A stretch of DNA of 64,000 bases from a bacterium (GCA_027487075.1 JAIYEG010000002.1:1244-65243), one strand, 5' to 3'; counted from the first letter of the stretch, positions 26,692 to 36,484 are shown. Notes: generated by a model not told the origin, from the letters alone. A program made the numbers and translations.

Positions 26692-27234
26692 ATGACATCA
26701 CCAACACAAACAGCAATATTCGCCGGAGGATGCTTTTGGTGTACAGAGGCACTTCTCAAAGGTCTTAAGGGAGTGCTTTCGGCAGAGCCCGGCTATGTCG
26801 GCGGTTCAACACCGAAGCCGACATATGAGCAAGTATGCACGGGAAACACCGGTCACGCTGAAGCAGTGCGTATCAACTTTGATCCGAGTGTCATCAGCTA
26901 TGGTCAGCTCCTGTCGGTGTTCTTTAATACTCACGACCCGACAACGCTCAATCGCCAAGGAAATGATGTGGGTACGCAGTATCGTTCAGCGATTTTCTAC
27001 ACAAGTGATGAGCAAAAAGAAGAAGCTGAGAAACTCATCACTGAACTTAACTCAAGTGGTGCGTATGACAAGCCAGTGGTGACCGAAGTGACACCAGCAA
27101 CTGAGTTTTATGTTGCTGAAACCTACCACCACGACTACTATGAGCGAAACAAAGACAAGGCATATTGTCAGATTATTATCGAACCTAAATTAGAAAAACT
27201 TCAAAAGACTTACCATGAACTACTGGCTCGTTAA
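26692..27234 (+). CDS. msrA: Peptide-methionine (S)-S-oxide reductase
   Basis: It has the N-terminal 'GGCFWC' catalytic motif. Confidence 0.85.
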   Translation: MTSPTQTAIFAGGCFWCTEALLKGLKGVLSAEPGYVGGSTPKPTYEQVCTGNTGHAEAVRINFDPSVISYGQLLSVFFNTHDPTTLNRQGNDVGTQYRSAIFYTSDEQKEEAEKLITELNSSGAYDKPVVTEVTPATEFYVAETYHHDYYERNKDKAYCQIIIEPKLEKLQKTYHELLAR

Positions 27235-27673
27235 AAGTGAAGGGGATTGCTACTCGATTGCAGATTTGAAACGCGACAAACGCACGGCGTGGACGGGAAT
27301 TCGCAACTATCAAGCGCGCAACTTTATGAGAGACGGCATGAAGAAAGGAGATCTCGTGCTTTTTTATCATTCACAATCTGAACCGTCAGGTATCTACGGT
27401 CTTGCAAAAGTAGTGAGTGAGCCGCATCCCGACGAGACAGCGTTCGATAAAAAAGATGAGCACTATGATCCGAAATCAAAACGTGAAGCCCCAACATGGA
27501 TGTGTGTCGATCTGCAGTACGTAAAGACATACAAAGAGCCACTCAGTTTGGCGGATATAAAGCGTGACACAAAGCTCGAAGGTATGTGGGTGACACGAAA
27601 AGGAGATCGTCTGTCGGTCCAACCGGTGTCGGAGAAACATTTTAAGTGGATTGAGAAGTTGTTGAGTAAATAA
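27215..27673 (+). CDS. EVE-domain (PUA-like) protein
   Basis: 'NYWLVKSEGDCYSIADL...ARNFMRDGMKKGDLVLFYHS' matches the EVE/Thy28 fold. Confidence 0.7.
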   Translation: MNYWLVKSEGDCYSIADLKRDKRTAWTGIRNYQARNFMRDGMKKGDLVLFYHSQSEPSGIYGLAKVVSEPHPDETAFDKKDEHYDPKSKREAPTWMCVDLQYVKTYKEPLSLADIKRDTKLEGMWVTRKGDRLSVQPVSEKHFKWIEKLLSK

Positions 27674-27730
27674 AAAGCCGCCGATGGTAGGTCGACTGTG
27701 AGTTCTTCCGGTAGAGTATTACAAATCGTG

Positions 27731-27768
27731 TTTTTTTCTAAGGTCACAAATTGTGACCTTAGAAAAAA
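27731..27768. terminator. A 38-bp perfect palindrome (TTTTTTTCTAAGGTCACAAATTGTGACCTTAGAAAAAA), copy 2 of 2, acting as a bidirectional terminator
   Basis: It lies between the convergent EVE and nuclease genes. It is the reverse-complement version of the 20971 element. Confidence 0.7.
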
Positions 27769-27771
27769 GCA

Positions 27772-28383
27772 TCATTCACACACTCCCTCCGCCCACAACC
27801 CTCGCTTTTCGCGCTGTGCTTCTTTCTCCGCCGCCTTAAACTCAGCCTGATACTTGTAAGGGATCTTATTGTAGGTGTATTCGTGCGCGTATCCTTGCTC
27901 GATGAGCACTTTGTTGAAGTTTGTGCCGTCTTCAAGGATGATGTAGCCAAGGTCGCGACCGTACTTGTCTGGGCCCGGATTGCGCTCATCGCTCTCTATG
28001 CGCACGTGCTTTCCGGCGAGCATCATTTTGGTGAATTCAGACGCTTCTTTACCAAAACACTGCACGGGTTTTCGTGGGTCTACCGTCTCTGGTGTATCAA
28101 CACCGATCATGCGCACGGTGACGGGCTTGCAATCACGACTTACCGTGATGGTGTCGCCATCACTCACCTCGACGACTTCGAGTGAGCTTGTTGCGCTTGT
28201 AGTCGATGCCGCACCTTCTTCGATGATGCAGGTATCAAAATACATCGTCTTCTTGATGTTCTTGTTGAATGGACCAAACACCTCTTTCTGAAGTGATCCA
28301 TCGGGATCAAAAAAGACCACGAGTAATACAAAAAGACAAGCGAGGAGGGTAGAAATAAGCTTCTTTGCGTGCTTTTGGGGCAT
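27772..28383 (-). CDS. Membrane-anchored thermonuclease (SNase-like)
   Basis: It has an N-terminal TM helix and the SNase motifs 'VSDGDTI', 'VRMIGVDTPE' and 'DKYGRDLGYI'. Confidence 0.75.
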   Translation of the reverse strand: MPQKHAKKLISTLLACLFVLLVVFFDPDGSLQKEVFGPFNKNIKKTMYFDTCIIEEGAASTTSATSSLEVVEVSDGDTITVSRDCKPVTVRMIGVDTPETVDPRKPVQCFGKEASEFTKMMLAGKHVRIESDERNPGPDKYGRDLGYIILEDGTNFNKVLIEQGYAHEYTYNKIPYKYQAEFKAAEKEAQREKRGLWAEGVCE

Positions 28384-28443
28384 CTTGCTTATGATACGAC
28401 AAACCGCGTATAATGGACACATTAGTAATAAGATCGAAATAAA

Positions 28444-28986
28444 ATGAACTCTACAGACAATAACAATAAGACCGCAGGACAGCAGATGGTGTTCGACAAG
28501 TACGTAGCGATTGCGCTCGTGGTGGGTATCGTCGCTGGTTTTATCATTGGTAACAGCGTAGGAAGTAACAGAGCGAAGATGAGTAACACCGCATCAAGCA
28601 CCGATAAAATGATGCTCGCAAGCTCAACTGATTCAATGATGGAAGCGAATAACGAATCTTCAATGATGATGAGTGGTGATTGGATTAGTGTTGAAGAACA
28701 AAAGGCGGGTAATATGGTAAAAGTTTCTAAGCTTACACTCGATGGTACCTATTGGGTAGCAGTTCGTGACGATCACAGTACTACCAAGAATCCCTACGTA
28801 CTTGGTGCAAAGAAACTCATGAAGGGAACATACACTGATGAGTCGATCTATGTATCACGCGCAACTGAAGCAGGAAAGAGCTACGAAGTAGTGCTCTTCA
28901 AAGATGCTCCAGACTTCAACTACAGCGCTTCAATGCTCATCAAGGATGGGGATCATCCAAAGGGTGCAACCTTCAAGGCTAACTAG
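28444..28986 (+). CDS. Membrane-anchored Met-rich protein, hypothetical. It is the first gene of the ABC/FN3 operon.
   Basis: It has one TM helix, then a Ser/Met-rich linker ('DKMMLASSTDSMMEANNESSMMMSGDW') and a beta-rich domain of about 100 aa. Its stop is 9 bp before ABC gene 1. Confidence 0.4.
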   Translation: MNSTDNNNKTAGQQMVFDKYVAIALVVGIVAGFIIGNSVGSNRAKMSNTASSTDKMMLASSTDSMMEANNESSMMMSGDWISVEEQKAGNMVKVSKLTLDGTYWVAVRDDHSTTKNPYVLGAKKLMKGTYTDESIYVSRATEAGKSYEVVLFKDAPDFNYSASMLIKDGDHPKGATFKAN

Positions 28987-28994
28987 CCTTACGC

Positions 28995-30695
28995 ATGCTT
29001 GAGGCCCTAAAGCCCTACCGACTTCATATTAGTGCGATAGCCCTTTTGTCCACTGTGGCAAATGGGCTTTCGTTATATTTCCCTAAAAAGACGGGAGAGT
29101 ATATTGATATGTATCAAAGTGGTACGGGAGATGTGTGGCTCTTTTTGTCGGTGCTTGGTGGGATTGCGGTCGCAATACTCGTCGCAACACTCCTCCAGGC
29201 ATTTATTTCAGTGTATGCATCAGAGCGTATTGCGTTCGATATCCGCCAACTCCTCATTAAGACATTAAAAGATCGGTCATTCTCGTATATTCGCGACATG
29301 TCGGGCGGACGTCTCATTACGGTGCTCACCTCTGATGTTGATGCAATTAAAAATCTAGTGGCTTCAGGTATTGCATCGCTTCTTATGTCGGCAATTACGC
29401 TCGTCGGTGCCATTATCTTTCTTCTCACTATCAACTGGAAGATGGCACTTCTCACACTGTCGGTGATGCCGTTTATTCTGATTGTCTTCGCACTGGTATT
29501 TCGTCGGCTGGGGCCGCTCTTTGGTATGAGTCAAGCGAATCTTGATGGTATTAACCGTGTGATTAATGAAAGTATCGTCTCCGCACCGCTCGTGCGTGTT
29601 CTGAATGCAAAGCAAGCAGAAGTGCAAAAGTTTGATGTGGTGAATAAGCGAAGTAACGATATTGGTATTCAGATTGCGACATTTTTTGCGGCACTGATTC
29701 CGGTTATTACATTGCTTGGTCAGGGTGCGGTGCTTGTGGTGTTGTGGTTCGGAGGAAAGAATGTGGTGGCAGGTACGTTGAGTTTGGGAGAGATGAGTGC
29801 GTTCTTTGCGTATACATCAGCGTTTATTTGGCCATTTTTTGTTTTGTCATTTGCGAGTACGTTTATATCTCGCGCTCAGGTATCGTGGAAGCGCATTAAA
29901 GAAGTGCTCGATAGTGATGACAAGGCTGTCGCGAAAGAAGCACATGAGGGAACGCACCGAAGTGAGCTCAAAGGAGAGATTGTATTCAAGAATGTCACCC
30001 TTCGCTATGGTGAAAAAGAAATTCTCAAAAATATTTCATTTGCCATCAAACCTCACACCAAGACGGCGATTCTTGGTCCTACCGGAGCCGGAAAAACAGA
30101 GCTGGTGTATCTTCTTGCGGGGCTTGCCACACCGACTGAGGGATCAATCCATATTGATGGTGTGTCGGTGAGTGAGTGGGATCAAGAGGCGCTACTTTCA
30201 AAGATGGGGATCGTGTTTCAGGACAGTATTGTGTTCAATGCATCGCTCAAAGAAAATATTTTGTTCAAACACGGTGCTGATGAACGTCGACTCACCTCTG
30301 CACTTGAAGTGGCAGAGCTATCAGGACTCATCGATGAATTACCACAGGGAATCGATACTGATGTGAGTGAGCGCGGTACTAGTCTTTCTGGAGGGCAGAA
30401 GCAACGCCTCATGCTGGCGCGCGCACTCGCAATCAATCCCTCAGTCTTGCTTCTTGATGACTTTACGGCGCGTGTCGACGCAGGTACCGAAGCACGCATT
30501 CTCTCAAATATACGGCACGCGTTCCCGAACCTAACACTTATTTCGATCACCCAAAAGATTGAACCTATTAAGGATTATGATCATATCATCGTACTTATGG
30601 AGGGAGAGTTGATTGCACAAGGAAGACATGACGAGCTCATCAAAAACTCGCTTGAGTACCAGCAAATATATGCGTCACAACAAACCGCATCATAA
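28995..30695 (+). CDS. ABC exporter ATP-binding/permease subunit (type I exporter half-transporter)
   Basis: It has a 6-TM domain plus an NBD with Walker A 'GPTGAGKT', signature 'LSGGQKQR' and Walker B 'LLLDD'. Confidence 0.85.
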   Translation: MLEALKPYRLHISAIALLSTVANGLSLYFPKKTGEYIDMYQSGTGDVWLFLSVLGGIAVAILVATLLQAFISVYASERIAFDIRQLLIKTLKDRSFSYIRDMSGGRLITVLTSDVDAIKNLVASGIASLLMSAITLVGAIIFLLTINWKMALLTLSVMPFILIVFALVFRRLGPLFGMSQANLDGINRVINESIVSAPLVRVLNAKQAEVQKFDVVNKRSNDIGIQIATFFAALIPVITLLGQGAVLVVLWFGGKNVVAGTLSLGEMSAFFAYTSAFIWPFFVLSFASTFISRAQVSWKRIKEVLDSDDKAVAKEAHEGTHRSELKGEIVFKNVTLRYGEKEILKNISFAIKPHTKTAILGPTGAGKTELVYLLAGLATPTEGSIHIDGVSVSEWDQEALLSKMGIVFQDSIVFNASLKENILFKHGADERRLTSALEVAELSGLIDELPQGIDTDVSERGTSLSGGQKQRLMLARALAINPSVLLLDDFTARVDAGTEARILSNIRHAFPNLTLISITQKIEPIKDYDHIIVLMEGELIAQGRHDELIKNSLEYQQIYASQQTAS

Positions 30696-30699
30696 CAAT

Positions 30700-32457
30700 A
30701 TGAAAAATTATCACCTCACCAATGACATACAAAACAATGAAGCGTATCTCAAACGTGTATTTCGTAGTATTAAAGAGATAGGCTCGTATCTCAATAAAAA
30801 ATCATTTTTTACAGCGGTATTTCTTGCCTTATTGACCTCAGCTGCTGCGGTGCTGACACCATACCTTCTTGCTCATGCGATTGATACCTATATTGCGAAG
30901 AATGATCTTGCGGGGCTTTTACGTCTCATCTTCCTTCTTGCAGTGGTGTATGTGGTATCTTCGGTGACGCAGTACTTCCAGCAGATGATTATGGGGCGCG
31001 CCAGCATGAAAGCGTTGTATAAGATACGCGGAGTGATATTTGCGAAGATTCAGTCATTACCGATTGCCTTTTTTAATCAAAATAAAGCAGGAGACTTAAT
31101 GTCGCGTATCAATAATGACTCCGACAAGCTTAGTCAATTTCTCTCAGAAAGTATTCTCCGCTTTACCGGAAGTGTATTTACTCTTTTGGGTATTGCGATT
31201 TTTGTACTGTATTTGAACTGGAAACTTGGGCTTGTATTACTTTCTTCTACGGTCTTTTTGGTGATCGTGACAAGATTCGTGTCGCCACAACTTGAGAAAG
31301 CAAACAAGCAAAGCTCTGGCGCGCTTGGGCAGTTTACCGCAGGGGTGTCTGAGCAGCTTTCAAACTTTAAAGCGATCATCGCATTCAATCGACGTAACTT
31401 CTTTGATGAATTCCTGAATAGGCTTAATAGTGAAAATTACATGCGTTCGCGTAAGGCAGGCTTTCTTAATCAGATATTCTCACCACTGTATGACTTTGCT
31501 GGCTATATCGCCCAGGCAGTCGTACTAGTGTATGGACTGTATCTTATAAGTCAGGGAGAACTTACGGTAGGTCTTCTTATTGGTTTTCTTACCTTCGCTC
31601 TCCGTTTTTACGATCCACTCCGCTTTATCGCAAACATCTTCGGGGAAATTCAGGTATCGCTTGCGTCGTGGGGACGCATTAAAGATATTTTAACACTCGA
31701 TTCGGATATTGTGACACTTCCCGCACAAGCTGCACAAGGTGTGACGCCACCACCTCCTTTAGTGCGTCTTGCATTCAAAGAGGTGAGTTTTACATACGGT
31801 GAGGATCATGTGGTGCTCGACAAGGTGTCGTTTGCACTTGAAAAAGGGAAGACGTATGCGCTTGTTGGTCCAACAGGAGGAGGAAAGTCGACGATTGCGA
31901 GTCTTATGGCACGTCTCTACGACCCAACAGATGGTGTCATCGAATGGGAAGGGCGAGACATGCGCACACTCACTGAAGCAGAACGTGCCGAGCGGATTGG
32001 GGTAATTCTTCAGGAGCCGTACCTTTTTTCGGGTACGGTAGAGGAAAATATCCGCTATGGTAACGCGAAGGTGCATGACAAAACCGAAATCACTGATACC
32101 GAATTGCTTGGATTGCTGTCACGCCTACCAGATGGTTTGGCAACTAAGGTAGAAACAGGAGGAGAATCAATCTCCATCGGACAGCGTCAGCTTATTTCGT
32201 TCGTGCGTACCGTGCTTCGCAAGCCAGACCTCCTTATTCTCGACGAGGCGACTGCAAATATCGATACAGTGACCGAATCCGCACTGCAAGAACTTATCAA
32301 CTCACTTCCACCGTCTACTACGAAAGTGATCATTGCACATCGTCTCAATACCATCACGCAGGCAGATGAAATCCTTTTTGTGCGTGGTGGGAAGGTGCAA
32401 CGAGTATCAAATGAGAAGGAGGTGCTCAAGCTTCTCACCGCAGAATCTGCCAGCTAA
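30700..32457 (+). CDS. ABC exporter ATP-binding/permease subunit, the heterodimer partner
   Basis: It has a TM domain plus an NBD ('GPTGGGKST', 'ISIGQRQL', 'LILDEAT'). It starts 5 bp after the partner stop. Confidence 0.85.
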   Translation: MKNYHLTNDIQNNEAYLKRVFRSIKEIGSYLNKKSFFTAVFLALLTSAAAVLTPYLLAHAIDTYIAKNDLAGLLRLIFLLAVVYVVSSVTQYFQQMIMGRASMKALYKIRGVIFAKIQSLPIAFFNQNKAGDLMSRINNDSDKLSQFLSESILRFTGSVFTLLGIAIFVLYLNWKLGLVLLSSTVFLVIVTRFVSPQLEKANKQSSGALGQFTAGVSEQLSNFKAIIAFNRRNFFDEFLNRLNSENYMRSRKAGFLNQIFSPLYDFAGYIAQAVVLVYGLYLISQGELTVGLLIGFLTFALRFYDPLRFIANIFGEIQVSLASWGRIKDILTLDSDIVTLPAQAAQGVTPPPPLVRLAFKEVSFTYGEDHVVLDKVSFALEKGKTYALVGPTGGGKSTIASLMARLYDPTDGVIEWEGRDMRTLTEAERAERIGVILQEPYLFSGTVEENIRYGNAKVHDKTEITDTELLGLLSRLPDGLATKVETGGESISIGQRQLISFVRTVLRKPDLLILDEATANIDTVTESALQELINSLPPSTTKVIIAHRLNTITQADEILFVRGGKVQRVSNEKEVLKLLTAESAS

Positions 32458-32536
32458 TCGGCAGTGCTTGTTATCCACAGAAGCATGATTTCTGCTTCAT
32501 TGTGTCTTCATTTTGGTCTATACTTAAAGTATATAT

Positions 32537-35500
32537 ATGAAAAAACATGCTGTGCTCGGATCAGGCATCCTTTTTATTCTTTCGGGTATTATTGCATTAG
32601 TAGCATTCTCTGGTGTGGTATCTGCGGCAACACTTGCGACACCTGTGGTTACCACAAAGACAAGTGCATTATGTGGTGGATCAATAGAGCTTTCGCTCAC
32701 GCGTCCGGTTGGTAGTGCAACAAGTTTTGCAATATATCGTGCTCCATCTACAGGTGGAGCACTTACCCTCATCGCCACAGTCCCCTCAACATCGGGGACA
32801 TTTTTGTATACAGATAGAAATCTCACTCCATCAACTTTATATTCTTATAGGGTACAAGCAAGAAGTAGTAAGCTTACTTCAGCCCAGAGCGCAACTAAAA
32901 GTGCAATGTCATCAGCAAGGTGTCCGGACGCACCAGTTAATCCCGTTAACCCAGTGCCACCACCTCCACCAGAAATTAACCTGAGCAAAGTAGAGGGTTG
33001 TGCCGATAATGCTCTAGTTAATGTTGCAATTTATGATACAACAAGAGTGTATGAACGTGCGTCAACCACTTTTCAAATCTACCGAGCAGTTGCTGGCTCG
33101 TCGTCGTATACGCTCATAGGGTCAATACCTTACGAGAGCTATATCACACATTATCGAGATAGGTCTTTTGTACCTGGTACTAACTATAGTTACTATGTCG
33201 TGGCAACGCTCAGAGGTCTTGCATCATCACAGGGTAGTCCAAAATCAGTGACTGCTCCCGCGGTATGTCAAAAAATTGAGACACCAACTAACTTCAAAGT
33301 GTCACCAGCACCTTCGTGTGGTAATAGAGTAACCCTTACTTGGGATGCGCCGAAGAACGGACGTGGGTACAATTATCAAATATATCGTTCACTGTATCCG
33401 CAAGATGACAATCGTTTCCAAGTGGTTGTAGAGAATAGTGTAAACCTTATACCATACAGTACTTCGACATACTCTTTTACTCTTAGTACTCCGCCAACTG
33501 GTACCGTCTACTATAAAATTAGGGCGACGGATCCAACGAATGCCAAACAACCCGCATCTGATTTCACCCCAATTGTAGGATCTGTCGGGTCAGGAAAATG
33601 TTTAACAGCCCCTGTTGTTAGGGCCGCAACTGCTTCATCGTGTGGTGGTAAAACAAACGTAAGCTGGAATGCAATTGCTGGAGCAACAGGATATAGAGTT
33701 TACGCCTCACCAGTATCTACAGGTGCTTATAAGGCCATTGGAGTGGTGACAAGTACTACTTTTGTTGCGAGTTCAGCGCCGCGCACCATACAGTATTATA
33801 AAGTTGCTCCTATGATTGGAGTGTCAGAGTCACCAACAAATTCAGTAGGGGTAAGTGCGCCCTCGTCTATTGAGTGCTCTACCGGTCAGACATTACAACT
33901 ACGTTCTAGTGGATCGCTCGAACAGTGCTCATTTTCTACACGACTCTCTTGGGATACCGTTCCTGGGGTAGCTGAATATCGATTGTATCGAGTCATTGGG
34001 CCAAATTCTGCAGTAGTATATACAGGTGATCAAACCAGCTTTGATGTTATGACATATTTTGGGGATTATTCTTTCTATGTTGTGTATGTGGATGATACAG
34101 GTAAAGAAAATGGTAAAAGTAATATTGTCAGAGTCCCTTCATCAAATTTTAATTGCCCACTGACGACGAACGTTTCTTTGGGAGGATGGAATGAAAGTGT
34201 CTATGAACCATACATTGAGGCGGCTTCTGGGATTGATGAGTCTTGGTCGGGAGATGGAGATACAAATGGAAATGGATACTGTGAATTTGGAGAGCGATGT
34301 TATCCTTCAGCAGAGGGTGAGTCAGATAATAATGTATTTGATAATTCCGGATTAAATTCTTCTCTTGATAGAGTTGGAGATACCGATATTGGTATTGCTC
34401 CGATCGCGCTTAACCCATCGATACGTAGTAGTGGGATTGATAGAGGTAAGCGATATCTTAACTTCATTGCAGATTTTGGAACAGAACCATCGAGACAGCT
34501 TCCACCTGATTGTTTTGAATCGATGACATCTTACAAAGATAGTAAGGGAAGATATCTTCCATCGGCTACTTCTTCGCGTATGATTGAAGATGCAACTACT
34601 AAGTTTGATTTAGGTGGTAATAATAAATTTTTTGGAGTACTCATGAAGCTTGATACAGGCAAATGTAAAGATAAGACACTTGCTCAACAACTCACTACAT
34701 TCTCGTACCCACCTTCTCAGCCTTTCTCTGATAAAGCAACGTTTAACAATAATGTGATGCTCACTGATGATAGTATTCGATTAAATTATAATGCATATGA
34801 TTGGGGTTCGGGAACCTTTGCAAACTTTCCACAAGGAGTAAGTGCTGATATTCCTTGGGCAGACAAATATCAATTTGGAGTTAAGAGTTTCAAGGCACGT
34901 TATTCTGGTGAATTAACTCAAAAGTATATTTCCGGATACACTGATTATGAGCCTGATGGTACAGAAAAGTGGATAAAAACAGAAGGTAGTCTTTCAATGA
35001 CCGTTGCAGGGCTTACGAATCTTACTGAGGTTCTTGAACCAGGTAATGCTCAAGAAGAGTTAAGGAAAACAGGTATATTTAAAGGTACTGGTGTGGGTAG
35101 TGTGTCAGTTACATACCCCAAGAATTTTGTTAGTTGTGAGAGTTCATCATACTCGGGTACGTTTCCAGTTGAAATCACTGTAGATCTTACTAAAGCAGAA
35201 AAAGTTGCGGCGGGTAATTCAGTTTATCCATATACGGTAGATTTTACTGCGCCGATTAACGTAAAGGGTAGCGCTGTAGTTAAGGAAATTGAACGATGTG
35301 ATGGTGAAAGCGAACGGGCATATGAGCATTATCCTGAATTCAGCACCCAAAATAATTCAAATCCGAAAAATAATATACCTTATTATTCAGCACAAGGTAC
35401 TATAGGTGGTAAAACTACTGAGCTCCGCTTTGTTAAGAAGGCGGTTGATGGTTATCCTTGGACAGATTGTCCTCCTCCATGGAGTGGTTCCGCAGAGTGT

Positions 35501-35725
35501 CCAGTGACAACAACCTCATTTAATTTCACTATCGATGTTGTTCCTGAAAGATGCTACACCTATGCACTTGACGGTGTTGCAAAGTATAACGATGATTGTA
35601 CCCCTACTCTCGATAATCAAGGTTTGTCGAAAGAAGAATCAAAAAACTGGCTTGCTCTCATATGGGAAAACATGAAAAGCTTTGTGGGATTTGCTGCAGG
35701 TTTAATCATTAATATATTGTCATGA
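32537..35725 (+). CDS. Giant secreted protein (1062 aa) with five FN3-like repeats, a Cys-rich unknown C-terminal domain and a C-terminal hydrophobic anchor
   Basis: It has a signal peptide. There are five repeats of about 90 aa, each starting with a Cys-containing strand and ending in a 'Y(R/Q)(I/V)YR' motif. The C-terminal segment of about 500 aa is of unknown function. The last 22 aa are hydrophobic. The gene is AT-richer than its neighbours. Confidence 0.7.
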   Translation: MKKHAVLGSGILFILSGIIALVAFSGVVSAATLATPVVTTKTSALCGGSIELSLTRPVGSATSFAIYRAPSTGGALTLIATVPSTSGTFLYTDRNLTPSTLYSYRVQARSSKLTSAQSATKSAMSSARCPDAPVNPVNPVPPPPPEINLSKVEGCADNALVNVAIYDTTRVYERASTTFQIYRAVAGSSSYTLIGSIPYESYITHYRDRSFVPGTNYSYYVVATLRGLASSQGSPKSVTAPAVCQKIETPTNFKVSPAPSCGNRVTLTWDAPKNGRGYNYQIYRSLYPQDDNRFQVVVENSVNLIPYSTSTYSFTLSTPPTGTVYYKIRATDPTNAKQPASDFTPIVGSVGSGKCLTAPVVRAATASSCGGKTNVSWNAIAGATGYRVYASPVSTGAYKAIGVVTSTTFVASSAPRTIQYYKVAPMIGVSESPTNSVGVSAPSSIECSTGQTLQLRSSGSLEQCSFSTRLSWDTVPGVAEYRLYRVIGPNSAVVYTGDQTSFDVMTYFGDYSFYVVYVDDTGKENGKSNIVRVPSSNFNCPLTTNVSLGGWNESVYEPYIEAASGIDESWSGDGDTNGNGYCEFGERCYPSAEGESDNNVFDNSGLNSSLDRVGDTDIGIAPIALNPSIRSSGIDRGKRYLNFIADFGTEPSRQLPPDCFESMTSYKDSKGRYLPSATSSRMIEDATTKFDLGGNNKFFGVLMKLDTGKCKDKTLAQQLTTFSYPPSQPFSDKATFNNNVMLTDDSIRLNYNAYDWGSGTFANFPQGVSADIPWADKYQFGVKSFKARYSGELTQKYISGYTDYEPDGTEKWIKTEGSLSMTVAGLTNLTEVLEPGNAQEELRKTGIFKGTGVGSVSVTYPKNFVSCESSSYSGTFPVEITVDLTKAEKVAAGNSVYPYTVDFTAPINVKGSAVVKEIERCDGESERAYEHYPEFSTQNNSNPKNNIPYYSAQGTIGGKTTELRFVKKAVDGYPWTDCPPPWSGSAECPVTTTSFNFTIDVVPERCYTYALDGVAKYNDDCTPTLDNQGLSKEESKNWLALIWENMKSFVGFAAGLIINILS

Positions 35726-36477
35726 AACGAATAACAAAACTTAGCATCATCTTGGTATTTGTTGTATGTATATTTGCAGCAGCAGGGTATCTTCAAGGTG
35801 CTTCAAAAAAATCGATAGTAGGTCAAATCGATGATCCTGCGTTGCATAAGGCTCTTCTTGAGTGGAGAATGAATAAAAATTATATTACTTACTATGGGAC
35901 AGAGTGGGATCCAACCAGAGGCACATCAACAATCACAGGATTACCATTTAGAGATCACAAATTAATTCCAGAGAATCCTGTTACTAAAATAAAATATCCT
36001 CGCTCAATTACGATGTACTGTGCATTTCCTATGGCTGAGTTTCTACCGCGGAATCTAATGAAATATTGGAATCATGTTACCCCAACGCAAGACCCTGAGG
36101 GAAAACAAATTGTAGGGGGGGTTAATCTTGTTAGTTATGTGGTAGGACGATATTATTACATGGAAGTAACTCGTCTTACGCCACCTGAGTCTGACTTGGA
36201 TCCACAACCTGAGAGCGATAAAGTTTATGCAATTATCGATGATCGTGGTCCTGACTATGCGGGAACACTTGATTGTTCTCCTGCGGTATTGAGAACATTG
36301 GGGGTTAAATCAATAAAAATTAAGGATAGAAATATGAATAGTAAAGATCTTGATAATAGAGTAAGTGCACGTCTTGTACCAAAAGATAGGTTTATGAGTG
36401 GTGAGTATGATGCTGCGTTTAAGTTCCAAAAAATTATTTACCCTGTAAGGAGAGAAGAGATTAACGTGAATCAGTGA
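35722..36477 (+). CDS. RlpA-like double-psi beta-barrel (DPBB/3D-domain-like) protein, membrane-anchored
   Basis: It has an N-terminal TM or signal segment. 'YAIIDDRGPDYAGTLDCSPAVLRTLG' resembles the RlpA/expansin 'DRGP...IDLS' core. It overlaps the giant gene by 4 bp. Confidence 0.45.
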   Translation: MKRITKLSIILVFVVCIFAAAGYLQGASKKSIVGQIDDPALHKALLEWRMNKNYITYYGTEWDPTRGTSTITGLPFRDHKLIPENPVTKIKYPRSITMYCAFPMAEFLPRNLMKYWNHVTPTQDPEGKQIVGGVNLVSYVVGRYYYMEVTRLTPPESDLDPQPESDKVYAIIDDRGPDYAGTLDCSPAVLRTLGVKSIKIKDRNMNSKDLDNRVSARLVPKDRFMSGEYDAAFKFQKIIYPVRREEINVNQ

Positions 36478-36484
36478 TATCAAA

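Noticed and set aside
20971-27768. The two 38-bp palindromes as a possible CRISPR or other array
   Set aside because: There are only two copies and they are 6.7 kb apart. Each sits between convergent stop codons with flanking T and A runs. There are no spacers and no cas genes.
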